Shown: one piece after another, positions 48,387-62,400 of the stretch
Layout: every line of letters begins with the position of its first letter
Numbering within the stretch: the first letter of the stretch is position 1
From: Lophium mytilinum
Taxonomy: Eukaryota
DNA length: 64,000 nt
Reading direction: 5' to 3'
Assembly (NCBI GenBank): GCA_010093605.1
Contig: MU004184.1
Span: 568,801-632,800, forward strand
Notes under the pieces: model-generated
Databases searched by the model: none
The model's input: the letters and a program-made list of their open reading frames with translations, nothing else
What the model was told of the DNA's origin: nothing
Made by a program: the position numbers and the translations under genes

Positions 48387-49914
48387 CGTGCGGAACACTC
48401 GTAGGGGTAGCGGCTTGTAATTAGATTGGGTCTTATGATTCTCCTACTCTTCTCACATCACCTCCCTTGCCCGCTTACATCTAAATATGTTTTGGCTGAC
48501 AATACTGATTGATTCGTTTATGCTCACTTCCTACACTCCCTCGTAGCAAAACTACTATCTACCCTGGATGTAGACATCCATTAGGGAAGGCTAGGCCAAA
48601 GCGAGTATATCGTCGGGCACGCTGTCGCCATAAGTAAGATAGAGACTGCAATGCATTGCCAGCGGTCTGAAAGCATATCGATTCGACTACTGCTAGGTCT
48701 TGAATCTGCAACAGCATACCATCGTCTTGCCACTCTTTCAACGTCGTGCTTAGTTTCAATGTTACCAAATTCCAGTGTCCCGACACCTTAGCCCATTCCG
48801 ATGGCACAGACCTTTAAATTTCATCATTCCTGCTTGCGGCTCGTAATATTGCACGTCTTCAATAGGCTAGAGAGATTCGCGTAAGCTGGATACGGAGTGA
48901 TACCACCAACCATATCCTGAGGCAATATGGGAAATATAGAAGTCACCCGCGATGTATCAGAGAACAAGTCCAAGCCGAAGTAGTGGTAATGAATGTATTT
49001 TAGGGCTGTTGGAAGATATTTTGGCTTTCAAGTGGCAGGCCGCTTTGCACGAGGTAGCCAAGCGTGGAATCAGGTGTGTCCAATTGATTGAAACTGTTTT
49101 GTGAGATAAGGACACCTTCACAGGTATATGGTGAGACGCTTTATGTGTTGGAAATTAGAAATTGCGACACGCGTCGTCTACTTGCTATGTTGCACTCGGC
49201 CCACGCCTGCGCAATGATTTCTTCGCGACAAGCTATGTGTTTTTTAAGACTCTTCTGCTTTTTCTATGAACCGAATGAGACAAATTAGTCCCATGCTAAG
49301 AAGCACGTGTCCGCAGCATTCATGTATATATAGAGAAACAGTTATGACACTATAAGAAATCTCACAGTACATAGCCGAACTACTACTTGGTTCTGTGCCT
49401 GAGCGCCCTGGAAGGGTGTTGGCGATGCTGACAAGGATCGTCCGGGTAAGGCGTTAATTAGAGTTGTGGCGGAGAATTCATTGCTTACCTACAGCCTCTG
49501 ATCTGAAAACTCACTACTCGAGCACGCTTACGATATCGCTAAAAGCTTGGAAACGGCAGTAGACTGCATCATGACTGAGCAGCAGAAGAGATCTAACTGT
49601 CCAGCGCAGTGGTACCACGGAGATAGCGCGTGAAAGGTCGCGGTCGCGGAAGCACCGGCAACTTAGCGCCCTGATGGCCGTGACGTCAACATGGCATTTT
49701 CTGCTTTCACGTTATGTGCCGGACGCCATCGCGCGGCCTTGGAAGTAGAAGTACTGCTTGTCCTCTCTGGTCAACCTTCATCTCCTTCTTCATCATTCAT
49801 CTTTAATTGACAGCGCAACACCCTCGTGGCTCGTTGCACGCTCACCAGTACACCCATCGCGCCTTGTTTACCCCCTATCACCCTCCTCCCATTCATCGCT
49901 ACCTACCGCCCATC

Positions 49915-51015
49915 ATGTGGGGAATTTCGTATTGGGTCGTGCCCATATTCAGCGCGTTTGTCTGGTTAGCCATGTTATTAGCTATGCTTATAACATGGAT
50001 AACGGAAGGCTCGCCACGCTATGCGTCAATGGAGCCAGGTCAACACATCGCGTGAGCACTCCTGCGCGCCTCCTTTTGATGATGGGGAAAGCTAACATCC
50101 AATAGTTATATTTCCGGTATGAAAACTCCTGGGAACTTCCAGTAATAAGGTCTAATATGTGACAAGATGTCGGAGCGCAAGGGCTAAAGCCTCTCTTCAT
50201 CGCAATGTCTGTGGTCACGGTCGTCACATTTGATCTCTCCTTCATCCTCGAGAGATGGTTGCGGCACACAGGTCGCCTGACCCACAACACATCGCTCACC
50301 CAGAAGATACTGTCTTTCATTTCAATCATCGCAGCGATCGTTGGCGCCGCTGGTCTCATTCTGCTCTCCATCTTCGATACCCTGCGACATCCTCGTCTCC
50401 ACGATATTTTCCTCTGCTTGTTCATGTAAGTTTGTTTGGCATTCCAATAGGAACGCATCTAATATATCTCTCAGTGGCGGCTATATCGTATCCGCGATCT
50501 TCATTTGCGCCGAGTATCAGCGACTAGGAATCCATTACCGCGAGCACTCGGTTCTGCGCATCTCCTTTTGGCTGAAGTTGACTTTCATCCTCGTCGAGCT
50601 TGCTTTGGCAATTGGTGAGTACATATGTATCGGGTAATCGCACAGCTACTAACCGTCCCCAGCCTTCGGTGTCACTTCCAAGAACGGCCACCGCAACGTG
50701 GCCGCCGTATTAGAGTGGATCATCGCGCTGATCTACTTCTTCTTCGTGCTGAGCTTCTTCATCGACTTCATGCCAGCCGTCCGAACCAAGCATCACCAAA
50801 GTCATGAGACCGAAATGGACGTGGCATTGGAGCAGGGAGATTCTCCCACTGGGAGGCTATACCAGGACAGCGCGAGCAATGGAGGCATGAATGGTTATAC
50901 CAATGGTGCCAACGGCTACACCAATGGCTCCAACGGCTATACCAACGGGGCCAATGGCTATGCACCGGGTAACATCAAACCTTTGGAGCCGGTTGTTCCT
51001 TCTCGAAATTTCTAG
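49915..51015 (+). CDS. SFK1: Sfk1/Frag1/DRAM-family multipass membrane protein
   Basis: MWGISYWVVPIFSAFVWLAMLLAML...HIAYISDVGAQGLKPLFI, LILLSIFDTLRHPRLH, AAVLEWIIALIY; 11-nt micro-exon 50106-50116. Confidence 0.88.
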
Positions 51016-51439
51016 AATACAGCTTTTTCTTTTCCTTTGTATCAAATCTGTAGCATTGATGGTCGATTGGCATGACCAGTTCTGGCGTTCCGGCAGCATT
51101 GAGGCATTAACAGTATCTTGTACTTGCGCCTCGGGGATTCAACAGCTGGATTGTATGATTTGTAGAGAGAGAACGAGCATTGCCTCGCAAGAGAAGCGGG
51201 GTTTCAATACAACAAAATTAATAATAAAACCTTTAAACCACTATGTATTACTTTCCATTAACGTGACCATTCGCAAAGAAGTCACTAACTCTTGCAAATT
51301 GATGAGCGTATGCATCACGTGACCATAACAAGGGCGAAATGATTATCCGAGAAGGTCTGTGCGCCACGGTCCATTTCGAAAACCTCAAGCCGACGACCTC
51401 ACCTCAAATCGCAACGACACCCAAGCGACCACCGCCAAA

Positions 51440-52055
51440 ATGCCAAAGAACCTCAAGCCAAAGAGCGGGCTCGCCGGTACGATACCTCATATCTCAATGC
51501 CGGCTTTTCTAATCCTATCGCAGTTGGCCTCAACTCGGGACATGCTGTCACCCCCCGCCAGCCCAAGACGAAGCCGTCATACCGAAAGGGTTTCCAGAGC
51601 AAGCGCACACTGTTCGTGAAGGATGTTGTCCGCGAGGTTGCCGGGTACGTTTGCTTCTCTGAACATTTCTGATTCCATTTAGAGAGATTGGTGGTTGAAC
51701 AATGGCTAACTTCCTCTTTAACAGGCTTGCACCATAGTGAGTTGCGACCGATACTACCAGACTACCACGGACACCACTGATCAAACCCAGCGAGCGCCGA
51801 GTGATTGAGTTGATCCGCAACAGCAAAGACAAGCGTGCCCGCAAGCTGGCTAAGAAGAGGGTACGCACACACCCATCCTACCCCCTCGAAAACGCTCTTC
51901 CCAAGCCTCCTCCACGACTTACAAAAGGCCCCACATCGCACACATATTTGGAGAGATACTGACAAGCTCCATAGCTCGGGACATTCGGACGCGCGAAGGC
52001 GAAGGTTGAGGAGATGACCAACATCATTGCGGAGGCAAGGCGGGCGGGTCACTAA
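51440..52055 (+). CDS. RPL36: 60S ribosomal protein L36 (eL36)
   Basis: 5 exons: ..[62 protein letters not shown]; 12-nt exon 51725-51736. Confidence 0.96.
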
Positions 52056-52885
52056 GCGATGGCTGGCGTGTGGTGTTGCGATGTTTCTCTTACAGCTTGG
52101 TGGATTGATCATGAATTCGATACACTAGAGGGAAATCCTCGAAAAAATTCAACGAAGGCCCACGGGATCTGGACAGTGTTGTAGCCAGGGACCTATCATA
52201 CCCTCAATGTGACCATGTTTCACTTCAGCATCATGGCTGGCAGAGGATTTCCTGCGGCTTGCCTATGAAGGGGATGTGAGGGTATGAGACAAGAACGGAC
52301 TGCACTAGCTTTGATGATGAACTTGGGTTGGGGATGGGCTTTTTTTCTGTGGTTTTGCGTTACCGTGAACAGTGAGCACAAAATATCCAAACATACTAGC
52401 CCAGTTCAGTCTCCCTCAGGTCCTATCTAGCCAGACATGTTCGAATCTCGAATTTCCGCGACCTCCGACGGATCTCGAAATCCAGATTATCTACAGCTCA
52501 AGTATGTCCAAAACTCCTACCAATGACCACTTACAACATCAAGAACTGCTAGCTACACTACTCGATGTATACGCGTTTACCCACCATGCGGAGGAGCCAG
52601 TGATCACCCAAACTTAATGCTGCTTGGAACTAGAGCTGAATTTACCACTCTACTCACAACACTCATATAACACCTTCACCAGAACTAGATCATGTCTAGA
52701 GAATTAATATCCGTTGAGACACCCCAGACAGTGCTGATTAAGTGTAGACAGACGAGTCTACTAATGCTGCACATACACTGAAACCGCTTCAACGCCAATT
52801 GCACCATCTATGCACTATGAGACGCCCTTCATAACCTCATGATAATTCCTCCGAGCATGCAACCCAATTGTCTTCCTTCTCTACC

Positions 52886-54489
52886 TCATCTCTTGAAGAA
52901 GCCCTTGCCGAGTATACTCTTCAGCTTGCTCTCCTTATCCGCATTACTGGTATTGCCGCCTCCAGTCTTCTTCATACCAAGAATATTGGTTGAGGGCTTC
53001 TCCTCCGGCCTGTTATCCACCTCCGGCTCTTCGACACGCAAGACTTGAGCCTTTTGCTGCCATTCCTGCTTGAGGACCTTCTTCGACGACCGGACTTCGT
53101 TGCTTGCGTTGTCGTCCCAGAGGAAGGTCAGTATCTCGCGACCCGAGAACCGGAGGTCCTGAACCAGCCGCTGCGGCCCGTCCTTCATAGCGAGTGGCGC
53201 TCCTTTAGGCCCCATGTATCGTAGGTGGAACGATTGTGTCGGGTGCTCCAGCAGATTCCGTACTGAGTCGTACAGAGTGCTGGCCGTGTCGGAGTTGGAG
53301 AAGGACATCATGACCTGACTCTCATCCGGCAGGCGGATACGAAACGTGACGCCTTTTTGAGCATCAGATTTCTGTTTCCGAACCGCTTCTTGCTCGGCAA
53401 GCTCTTTGTCTGATAATAGGCGCGTGTTTTTGCCTCGGTTCTGCAGAGACGCTTGGTGTGCTTTGGCGTGTTCTATGGTTGGAACGTAGTCGGCTTCGTT
53501 GTATGCTCGGCGAGCTGCTTGCGGGGTGGAACTACTAGGGGGAGCGAAGATCTTGATTTCGCCGGACGAGCTGGGTTGCAGTGGTTCACTGCTCGGCGAT
53601 GTGATGGGACTGGGTTCTGCTTGTGGAGTGGCTTCCACAGGCTGACTTGTTGCTGTCTGGTCTATTTCCATTGGCTCTGGTGCTACGTTCTCGATGCCAG
53701 CAGCAGGAGCAGGGTCTGCTATTTCAGGTACCTTCTCCTGTTGAACTGGAATTGATGGAGTTGGTTCTGTCGCCCCAACAGTAGCACCACTGGCGCTGGG
53801 TATGCTTGCGGACGGTTCCTCGGCGGGTTTGAAGTACTGCGAGATCTCGGCCATAGCTTCCTCGAGCGGAGTTCCGCTATTCTTGAAGTTCAGTCGTAAC
53901 AGGGCTGTTCCGCTATCGAATCCAAGCTGGCTCAAGGTTTGCTGAAGCTCTACAAAGGTGGACCGCTCGCGGTGACCGGGCATCACAGTTATGACAGGCG
54001 TTTCGTAGTTCAGCCTTCCAGAACCGGATCCCGGAATACCGTTCATTTCGGGCACGCCGCGTTGGGTGAAGTTGAGGTTCGCGTCAGATCCACTTTCGAA
54101 GTGTCGCAGGATCTCCCATACTGAGACATTATTGGCGAACTTCTGCGTCAAGCGGACGTTCTTCTCGGATTCGGGCAGCTGGAGAGCTACAGATATGACA
54201 GTCGGAGATTTGGAAGCTTGTACGAGGTCCAGGCGAGCGCCTCCAGGTAGATTTGCTAGCCGTATCTGCTGAGAGAGTGATACGGGCTTATTATTAAACC
54301 TAGCAATGTCAATACCCTGGCTTTCGTTATAGCATGCTGTGGCGTCACGTACTTCAGAGTGTATAGCTCGGGCCTTAGATTGAACTTGTTGCACGCCTCG
54401 TCCCTCACATCGGTCAAGTATTTGCCCGGCGTAGTGGGAATCCTGGCAGTTCTCGCGGACGGGTGCACGATTACAAGATGAGACGCCAT
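52886..54489 (-). CDS. UBX-domain Cdc48 adaptor, TUG/ASPSCR1/Ubx4-like
   Basis: MASHLVIV..RIPTTPGKYLTDVRDEAC..SLSQQIRLANLPGGARLDL (N-terminal ubiquitin-like domain), DYVPTIEHAKAHQ, C-terminal UBX-like FRIRLPDES; one intron. Confidence 0.85.
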
Positions 54490-55189
54490 AATGAGCCCGC
54501 GACTTTGTAGGTGGTGAAGAGAGCTACGGCGGCGTGGGCGAAGACGAGGGCTCGGGCACGATTGCAGCCGGGAGCGTGCCTTAAGTGGACGGTCTGGCAG
54601 GCCTCGATAGAGTGGAGGGAGGCGTAGAAGTAGAACAGGGCCCCCAGCAGGTGGTTCTCGGTGTCTGTCAAGCGGAGGCCGGTCAGATTTGCCATTGGAG
54701 GTTGTGGGCAAGACGAGGAGGGACCCCGCAGGCGCGGAGGTATGAGGCTGCGGTGGTTCTATAAACTCACCTGGACGAGGCTGATAGAGACGATGTAGCT
54801 GCACGAACACAATACGGTCCACTGCGTAAGGATAAAGAGTGAGTGTTTTGGTGGTTGACTGCACTGTTGAAGCTACAAATATCCTGGAGCGGCGATGCCT
54901 TTGCCTGGAGAGCAACCTTGATGACCAGCGAGGCAACAACTCCAACGCATCCCTCCAGCACTGCTTCCTCATCCCGCTCTAGAAGCTTCCAAGCACTACC
55001 CACGGCTTCACCCTCCTCTAGCGCGTCTGCTCAATTCACTGCTGGATCCCAGAACCCTTCCAGGTTGGAACGAGAGCCACATCTGCAGGGCATTCCTCCA
55101 CACGGCGCCCCGCCATCAATAATCGGCAGCGCGACCCACGACCCCAACTCTCCATCCCCGTTTGCGCAACACCAGCAGCTAGCCCAACC

Positions 55190-56323
55190 ATGTCGAAAAC
55201 AGTACAGATCGAGTCGCCTGCACAGTTCAACGCGCTGTTGTCCTCATCCCGCGTCGTCGTCGTCGACTGTGAGTGCCACGAAGCCCCAGCGAACCCCTCC
55301 GTCGGAATACTGACCGTTTCTCGTGCAGTCTACGCCGACTGGTGTGGGCCATGCAAGGCCATAGCCCCGGTCTATGAGCAGCTATCCGCCCAGCTTTCGA
55401 GACCGAACATCGTCACCTTCACCAAGGTCAATACCGACACCCAGACGCAGATTGCGCAGAGCTATGGCATCACTGCGTGAGTCCCCCGCCACATTCTTGC
55501 GCCTGAGGCAGTGGCTTATCCTACTCTTACATCTAGTATGCCTACCTTCATGATCTTCAAGAATGGTCGCGAAGTCCAGAAGATCCGCGGTGCTCGTGCC
55601 AAGGAGCTGTCCGCAGCGGTGCAGATGCTGGCTGCTGAGGCGGATTCAGATGGCAACTCGGGAGGGTTCGGGGAAGCAAGCTCTAGTACGAGCGGGACCT
55701 GGCGCGGTGCTGACCTACCACGCGGATATCACGATGTCTCCGACCAGGTCGATACTAGAGGGCTGGACCTCCTCAACTCGGATAGCGAACTAGGCGGAGT
55801 ACGGGCACTCTTCGACGCGAGCGTACCGTCCTCAATAGGCAGTGGGAAAGGAAAGGGGAAGGCGAGTGGAGCTGAAGCAAAGTCAGACTGGGTGGAGAGC
55901 GACGTCGACGAGCAGCTCATGCTGTACATTCCCTTTCAGTCGATGTTGAAGGTGCATACAATCCACCTGACCTCACTACCACCGAAATCCGAGGACGATG
56001 ACGAGGACGATGAGGTGCCTATGCGGCCCAAGACGATCCACATATATTCGAACCGGGCACACAATCTCGGCTTCGAGGAAGCGGAAGACATTCCTTCAAC
56101 ACAGTCTATAACCCTAGCGCCTGGCGACTGGGATGAGAAAACCGGGACAGCGAAGGTCGAGCTTCGGTTTGTCAAGTTCCAGAACGTGACATCTTTGGTC
56201 ATCTTCGTAGTCGACGGGGATGGCGAGGGTGAGAAGGTACGCTTGGACAGAGTTCGCATAATTGGCGAGTCTGGGGAGAAGAGAGATATGGGCAAGCTGG
56301 AGAAAATCGGCGATGATGCGTAG
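55190..56323 (+). CDS. Thioredoxin + PITH domain protein (Txl1/TXNL1-like)
   Basis: YADWCGPCK active site; PITH motifs ESDVDEQLMLYIPF and LRFVKFQNVTSLVIFV; 3 exons. Confidence 0.93.
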
Positions 56324-57586
56324 TCGCTATTATCAGCCAGTACGGTAGTCGCCTCACGATGCTAATGGGAAATCTTGCGGGGCTCTGGTGTTCACATGAT
56401 TTGGCATGGATGGCGGGTCTCATTGACAGCTTAGATGGTTCCTAGATACTTACGACAGCCTTACGAGGCTCATGACAACCTCATGAAAGCATTTGAGAAC
56501 CTTCCAGTGCTTCATATAGTATTGTTCTCAATGTCGAACTAATCACAGGCTCTTAACAGTAACCCTTTTCCAACAGGGTTACTCGAGTCCGTGAAAACCC
56601 GAATACATGGGCCTCTATAGGCTACTTGCTGCAGATGGAATCTACAATGTGCTTCTCCTAGGCGTTGAAAGTCGAGTTTTGAGTGTGAACCGTTTTACGT
56701 GGATTCATTCAAGGTCATCCGTTCTATCAAATTGAAATAAACAGTTATTCACTGACAGTGTGAATGGGAGGATCTGCCAGGGCCTTGCAGCTAAGTATCC
56801 TTGGATATCTGACATTTGTGTGAGGTCAGTAGAAGCACTGTAAGAAGGACAGAGGCCATAGGTGTCTACCAAGGATAGCGTTACTCGTACACCCCCTTTT
56901 CACTACACGTACGCCTCCCACTCGTCTGATCTTCTGATTGCTTGAGAAAGGTCCTTTGAAACCTCCAATTCGCTTGCTTACAGCCGTCACTCATTCATTC
57001 TAAATGCTCTCTTTTAGTGCGGCGCGGTTATAAACAATCACATCCTTATCTTCATCCTCCATAATAAATTCACTGGGGCTTAGTTGTGAGGAGCTTTTAC
57101 GTTAAATCGCGGCCTGTAAGGCCCGAGATGCTGAGTGTGATGTAGAGGTTGAGGGCTATGTGGATCAGGCGGCGATGGAAGCGGGGGCGGTGATAGAGGA
57201 GCGTCAGGCTTTATGCGAACGAGGCGTAACAGGGTGAAGTTTTGATACGTTTGGCATGCTTATAGGTACATAGATATACAGGTAGCAATGCAGCAGTCTA
57301 TATGCAGCGACAGGAAATGGATAGAATGCATCGTAAAATAGAGAGGATGTACAGCCTTGCCATCATGTACAGCATCACTTATGCATACACGTGGGAATAG
57401 AGCTCCGGACGAAGCTTCGAGCTGTTCTGGCTGATCAGAAGATAGACGAAAGTGGGTGTACGTGTAGTGAAAAGAAGGTTTACGTGTAGCAAAGATGCGG
57501 TGTACGAGTAGCGCTCCCCTTTGCCAATTGTTCAGGGATAGAATACAGATGTGATAGATCATTCAAAGCGCGCTGATATCCGACCT

Positions 57587-59433
57587 CTATACATCACCTC
57601 CCTCCCCAAACGGCCAGAGTTTTCTAACACGATTTTCACTGCCTCTGTTTTCCCTAACACTCTCTGCCCATTGGCTGAAAAGTATCTTGTGCTGCTTTTT
57701 CGCGTCCTCCCAATTATCGGCAGGGACCCATCCATCCGATTCCGCTTCTAGGGCGCGTTTGAGAAATATCTTCATCTGCTGAACCGCTTCAAAGTCCTCA
57801 TATTGCTTTGCGTGCTCGGCGAGTTCATCTGGAGTGGGCTGATATGGACAACGACCATCAAGGCCGAGGTCAGTCCAGCGCTAAGAGAGCTCAATGAGTT
57901 CTTGCCGTAAGGCTGCGGCGCTGTCTCTCCAGGACGCGTCGCAGTAGCGGAATGGCCTAAGCAGCGTTTGGTCCATTTTCCTGGCATCGTGGAGTTTTCG
58001 CATTTTCCCTAGCATCATGACTTCGAATGTGGTCCTGCATATCAGGACGTCTTTCTCATGGTTCTTCCTTGCTGATTCTTCTTCTTAGGATTCTGCTGGT
58101 GTTCCCTTAGATCTATCCGACATTAGCTTCTCTAAAATTAGGGCATCGGCAGCAGGGTCCTCAGCCAGATCAGGCGTCTCATTCGCGTAAGCGAATAAGG
58201 GTTCAATACTTGTGGATTGCCTATCAATAACTGCAGTGATTTTAGAAGAATCGTTATCATCAACGAAAATATTCCTCTTACGAAGATCATGGTGAAGCAG
58301 CATTAAGGAGGCAACCTGTTAGATGAGTGGACTCTTGGCTAGTTCTTTAATTGTCTCCTTGCTAATGTTCAGAAGACGGAGGTGTTCCTGGACAGGCCCG
58401 CGATAAGGTAGCTCTTCCTCAGGACTGTCGGTCTTTGGAATTCGCGAGAAGCCGGCATCAATCAGAGCAGAGCAATATGATTGCAGGTCATTCCCTAAAA
58501 GAAGAAGATTGTTAGTGCTGCTGATACTGGCAGATAGAAGCAGATCACTTACATGGCCCTCTGTTAGGAGGTCTCTCTTCATAGAACCGAGGCTCTCCGG
58601 GACTACAGTTCCAGAATTAGGTACCGCAATGAGGTCCGATGCAGAAGCCTTCGGTAAACCCAATCTTCAACTTTGGATTTATAGGCGCGTCGGCGAGATA
58701 TAGACTTCCGTACGCTGGGAACGGAGGGTTTGCCATCTCAACTACTATTGAGGCGACTTTTTTAACGCAGAGCATATGCTGATGAGGATTCATAGATAGC
58801 CATTTGTTGTGTAGCTGGACTCCAGGGGCGTGCTCCATTATGATATACTCAGTACCAATAGCACTGTCGTCATCGCTCCAGTCGAGCACTTTTGGGACAG
58901 GTATCTTGGTAAATGAACGTACTAGAGAGTTTATAAGCTGATTGGTAGCATTAGCTTCAAATGATTTCACTATACCGTAAGCCATCGTTGCTACTTCAGA
59001 GTTTATGGTCAATCTTCGCGGGCCTGCAATATGATAGGGCACTCTCGCGACAACGCGGGCGCCATTGTCCAGTGACAAAATGAAGACTCTGTTGAATCCG
59101 CCCTCCTTCTTTTCATATTGCAACACTTATGTTGCGCCTGCGGATACACTCATAACTTTTCTGCAGAGCGCAGCAAAGTCGAACTTGACATAACGCGCTT
59201 CACGTTGCAGCTTGTCATTCTTTAGCCACCGCCCGGTGGTATAAGAAAAAGGATCTGCCACTATGGTGATACGAGTCAGCTCGATTTTTATTGTCGTGGA
59301 TATTGCACTTACAATCTATGGGTTGCTGTGTAGTTCCTGTCAACAAGGCTATATGCAGAGCTCTGCTAGCTATTGCTGATAGCTGTTCCGTCTGACTCAC
59401 ACGTTTCGGTCGACATAGTTGTCGGAAACGCAC
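57587..59433 (-). pseudogene. Aim9-like phosphotransferase (APH/kinase-like) pseudogene
   Basis: YTTGRWL, EGGFNRVF, SEVATM, IPVPKVLDW, EYIIME, LLHHDLRKRNIFV, LWPF motifs. In-frame stops at 59127-59129, 58617-58619, 58319-58321, 58085-58087 and 57881-57883. Confidence 0.88.
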
Positions 59434-62400
59434 TAGTATAGCTTCAGAATAGGGGAAGGGGGTGTTGGAACTGCAGAAACTGAAATATGTGTTGTCCTCT
59501 TGGAGCGTAGTCAGCTCAGGGCCTCCTATTGGCTAGAGACTGTCAGGGTCCATGCTGAGTCAGCACACAATCGCTTCTAGGTTTTCACCTCGAAGCCAGA
59601 CCTCTCTCCCTCCTCAAGGCCCATGATGAAGCGATGCGCAAGCGTCGACAATAAAATAGGAAGAGGATGACTTGGCAAATGCTGGGGCTGATCTTAACTG
59701 ACACCTTTCTGAGGCCCGTATGCACCGTTGTCGTGCACGATTTTCCTACTCTCTCCGAACTGCAGGCGGCCAGACAAGCATGCGAGATGGTTTGTTGAGC
59801 TTCTGCAAAGACTCTTCTATCAATCATGAGCACCACTCACGCTTTCTACATTTGCTCGCTACAGTTAGGAGTTTGTTTTCCAACATAACTGTTCTTCTTG
59901 TCTCTCTTTTCGTTTGGTCCAATATCCTGAAGGGTTTTCAAGTCAATGTCCATCAAACTCAGATACATAGCATATCATTATCGACACCGTTGTTTGATCA
60001 GTGGTACTCCGAGGCACTTATTTGGTCGACCTAACACATGATATGTCCACCTCCTCTGAATCATCGTCACATCGTCCTCTGAAATCAGAACCCTAGCTGG
60101 CAACGTGTAGCATTTCCCGCGTCTCTGCCACTTACGCAGCCTGAAGGCGATATCGACATTGTCAAGGATACCCTAGAGTGTCAACTGCAGTTCCAGCGCC
60201 ACACGTCACACAAACAGTTTCTGTACTCTTCGGGATTATTCCCTGTTCACGGACCGGAACGGACGCACGCAATTTTCGATCGAAATCCTGATTATGGTGT
60301 CACCAATATGCGACATACAGGCAGACCTTGACTCGATTGGCTTGACTGGGCAGATGTTCGACCCGACGACCGGCTTCAGTTCTCCCCCAACGCTTCTATT
60401 TTCGGTCATGCAACTCACAGTTCTCTAGTCGCCATCGAGACATTCCATGCAGGCCCTGTTTCAGCTGCACTTGGCTCGTCACCGTCCTTCCACGTGAATG
60501 TCTAGAGTCATTAGTCTACCGAACTACCTCAATAGATAAGCTTGTAGGCTTGAGGCTGAGAGTTAGCATAAAGCTCGCCCAGAACAGCCCAGGTTGCAAA
60601 GACGGTTCACGTGTCTGTTTCCGACCTCTGGTTCGCTCGCTCTATCTATCTGCTTACACAGTACGGAGAGGTCTCCTAGTTGCTACTATCAAATTCTTCC
60701 GGAGATCCTTTCGAGGTTGTGCATGCTCGACTCGATCGACGCTGCCGACGCTAAAGGATCTTGAGTCCATGGCTTTCTCTAAATGAGACTTACACAGCAC
60801 GGGGCAAAGGCTAATGGTGGATGACATTTCGAATCGCCAATGGTGCCGTGCCGTCTTGGTGTACCAAAGGTTGGATAGGAGCGGCCTCCACAGCCATGAC
60901 GCGAAATGCCAAAGTTGGGAGCTAGCGGGCCAGGCACGAGGTGGGCTCAACGGCACGAGGTGGGCTCAACGACACATCATCGGCTCTTGGGCGGCATGCG
61001 GAAGGCCCAAGATTTGACATGATGTGGGGAAGAGACTAACGGCGGGACCTGATAAGAAGGACCATGACCCGAGATACCTACCCTCGGGAGAATTGTCTCC
61101 ACATGGCATGAATCGAAATCTCCTTCTGGACCAGGGGCTGGGATACAGCTCCACAATTCCTAGACCCTTGCCCGCGAGGACTCGGACGGTCAGGGCTTGT
61201 GGAACCCTGAGCTTCCTATTCGAGCGGATTACCCAGCTAGCTTCCAGGATGGGGCAAGGTCCACCAAGCGAAGTTTGCAAGAGATTATGCTCGACGCTCT
61301 GAAGAGGCAAAGTCGCCGCGTATCCTGCCGGCGTCGCAGTCGGTAAAGAAGAACCCTGAGGATCGCGCGGAGTCGGGTTTCATCACCCTTCAGATGGGTT
61401 TCTCACAAGGCTGAAAAGCAGAAATCAGGCGGTGGTGAACTGACCTGTCGAGCCACTCCTCGAAGCCCTCTAGTGGCCATCTTAAGACGAACGGCATGCC
61501 GTGTGCTTGCCGTGTGCCTGCGTGTGCCTTTCCTTTGAATGCATCACCATTCATGGGCCGAGTCAAGGCTTGAGTCGAGCGTGGTCGACGCCAACGAAGT
61601 GGAGATGTCGAGTTGGCCGCGGCCTGCCGGATGTTGATTGCCCCAGTCTTCGAAGAGGCCGTGGAAGATCGGAAGGCCTTCTACGCAATCTCCAGCGATC
61701 TCACGGAGGAAAAAGCGTGACGAAGCAGGCCTGGCTCAAGCCACGGCCCACAACACACTTCCCCGGGCGCCGACTGTCTGGCATGCCACGCCAGGCGCAA
61801 CACTAAGGCGGAACGCAGGGGGGTAACCTTCCGCGATCGCCTCTTGACTTGAGTCGCAAGAGAAGAGGCCAGGCCGGTCAAGCGTGGTGGAATTTGCGGA
61901 GCTGGCGGAGCTGGAGGTGCTGCTGGAAGCGTCTCGCGATACTCTTCACCGTCGAAAAGTGTCGCGTAGGACGAAACACTGGTTCTCTCTGTACCTGCAT
62001 ATGTTCCTGCATTAGCTGACAAGCAGATTTGTGGACTGACCACAGTTTGTGCAGATGTGGGGTGCTCCCTCTGCTGCCATTGGCTCTGTTCGACAAGCGT
62101 GCGTCTGTCTCTGGTCGCCCAGTCGGTCGGCCTCGGCGTTGTTCTTCTGGAACCTTGGAAGGTCGCAGGCTTGCTCACGGACTCGCTCGCCAGCCGGGGA
62201 ATGGGATGCGTGGGCGTAACGCAGACTGTGCAGAGGCCCTTGACGGCGGCGTGCATTGATGAAGCGCCAGTGCGCTTCATTTTATCATTTTATGAATCGT
62301 GTCCTCGAGGCAAAAGCGGCGAGACGCCAGGCCCGAAAGGAGCGTGCTAGCCGGTCTCAGGATGCAATGCAGCTGGGTGTGGTCGCCACTGTTGCCTCTG

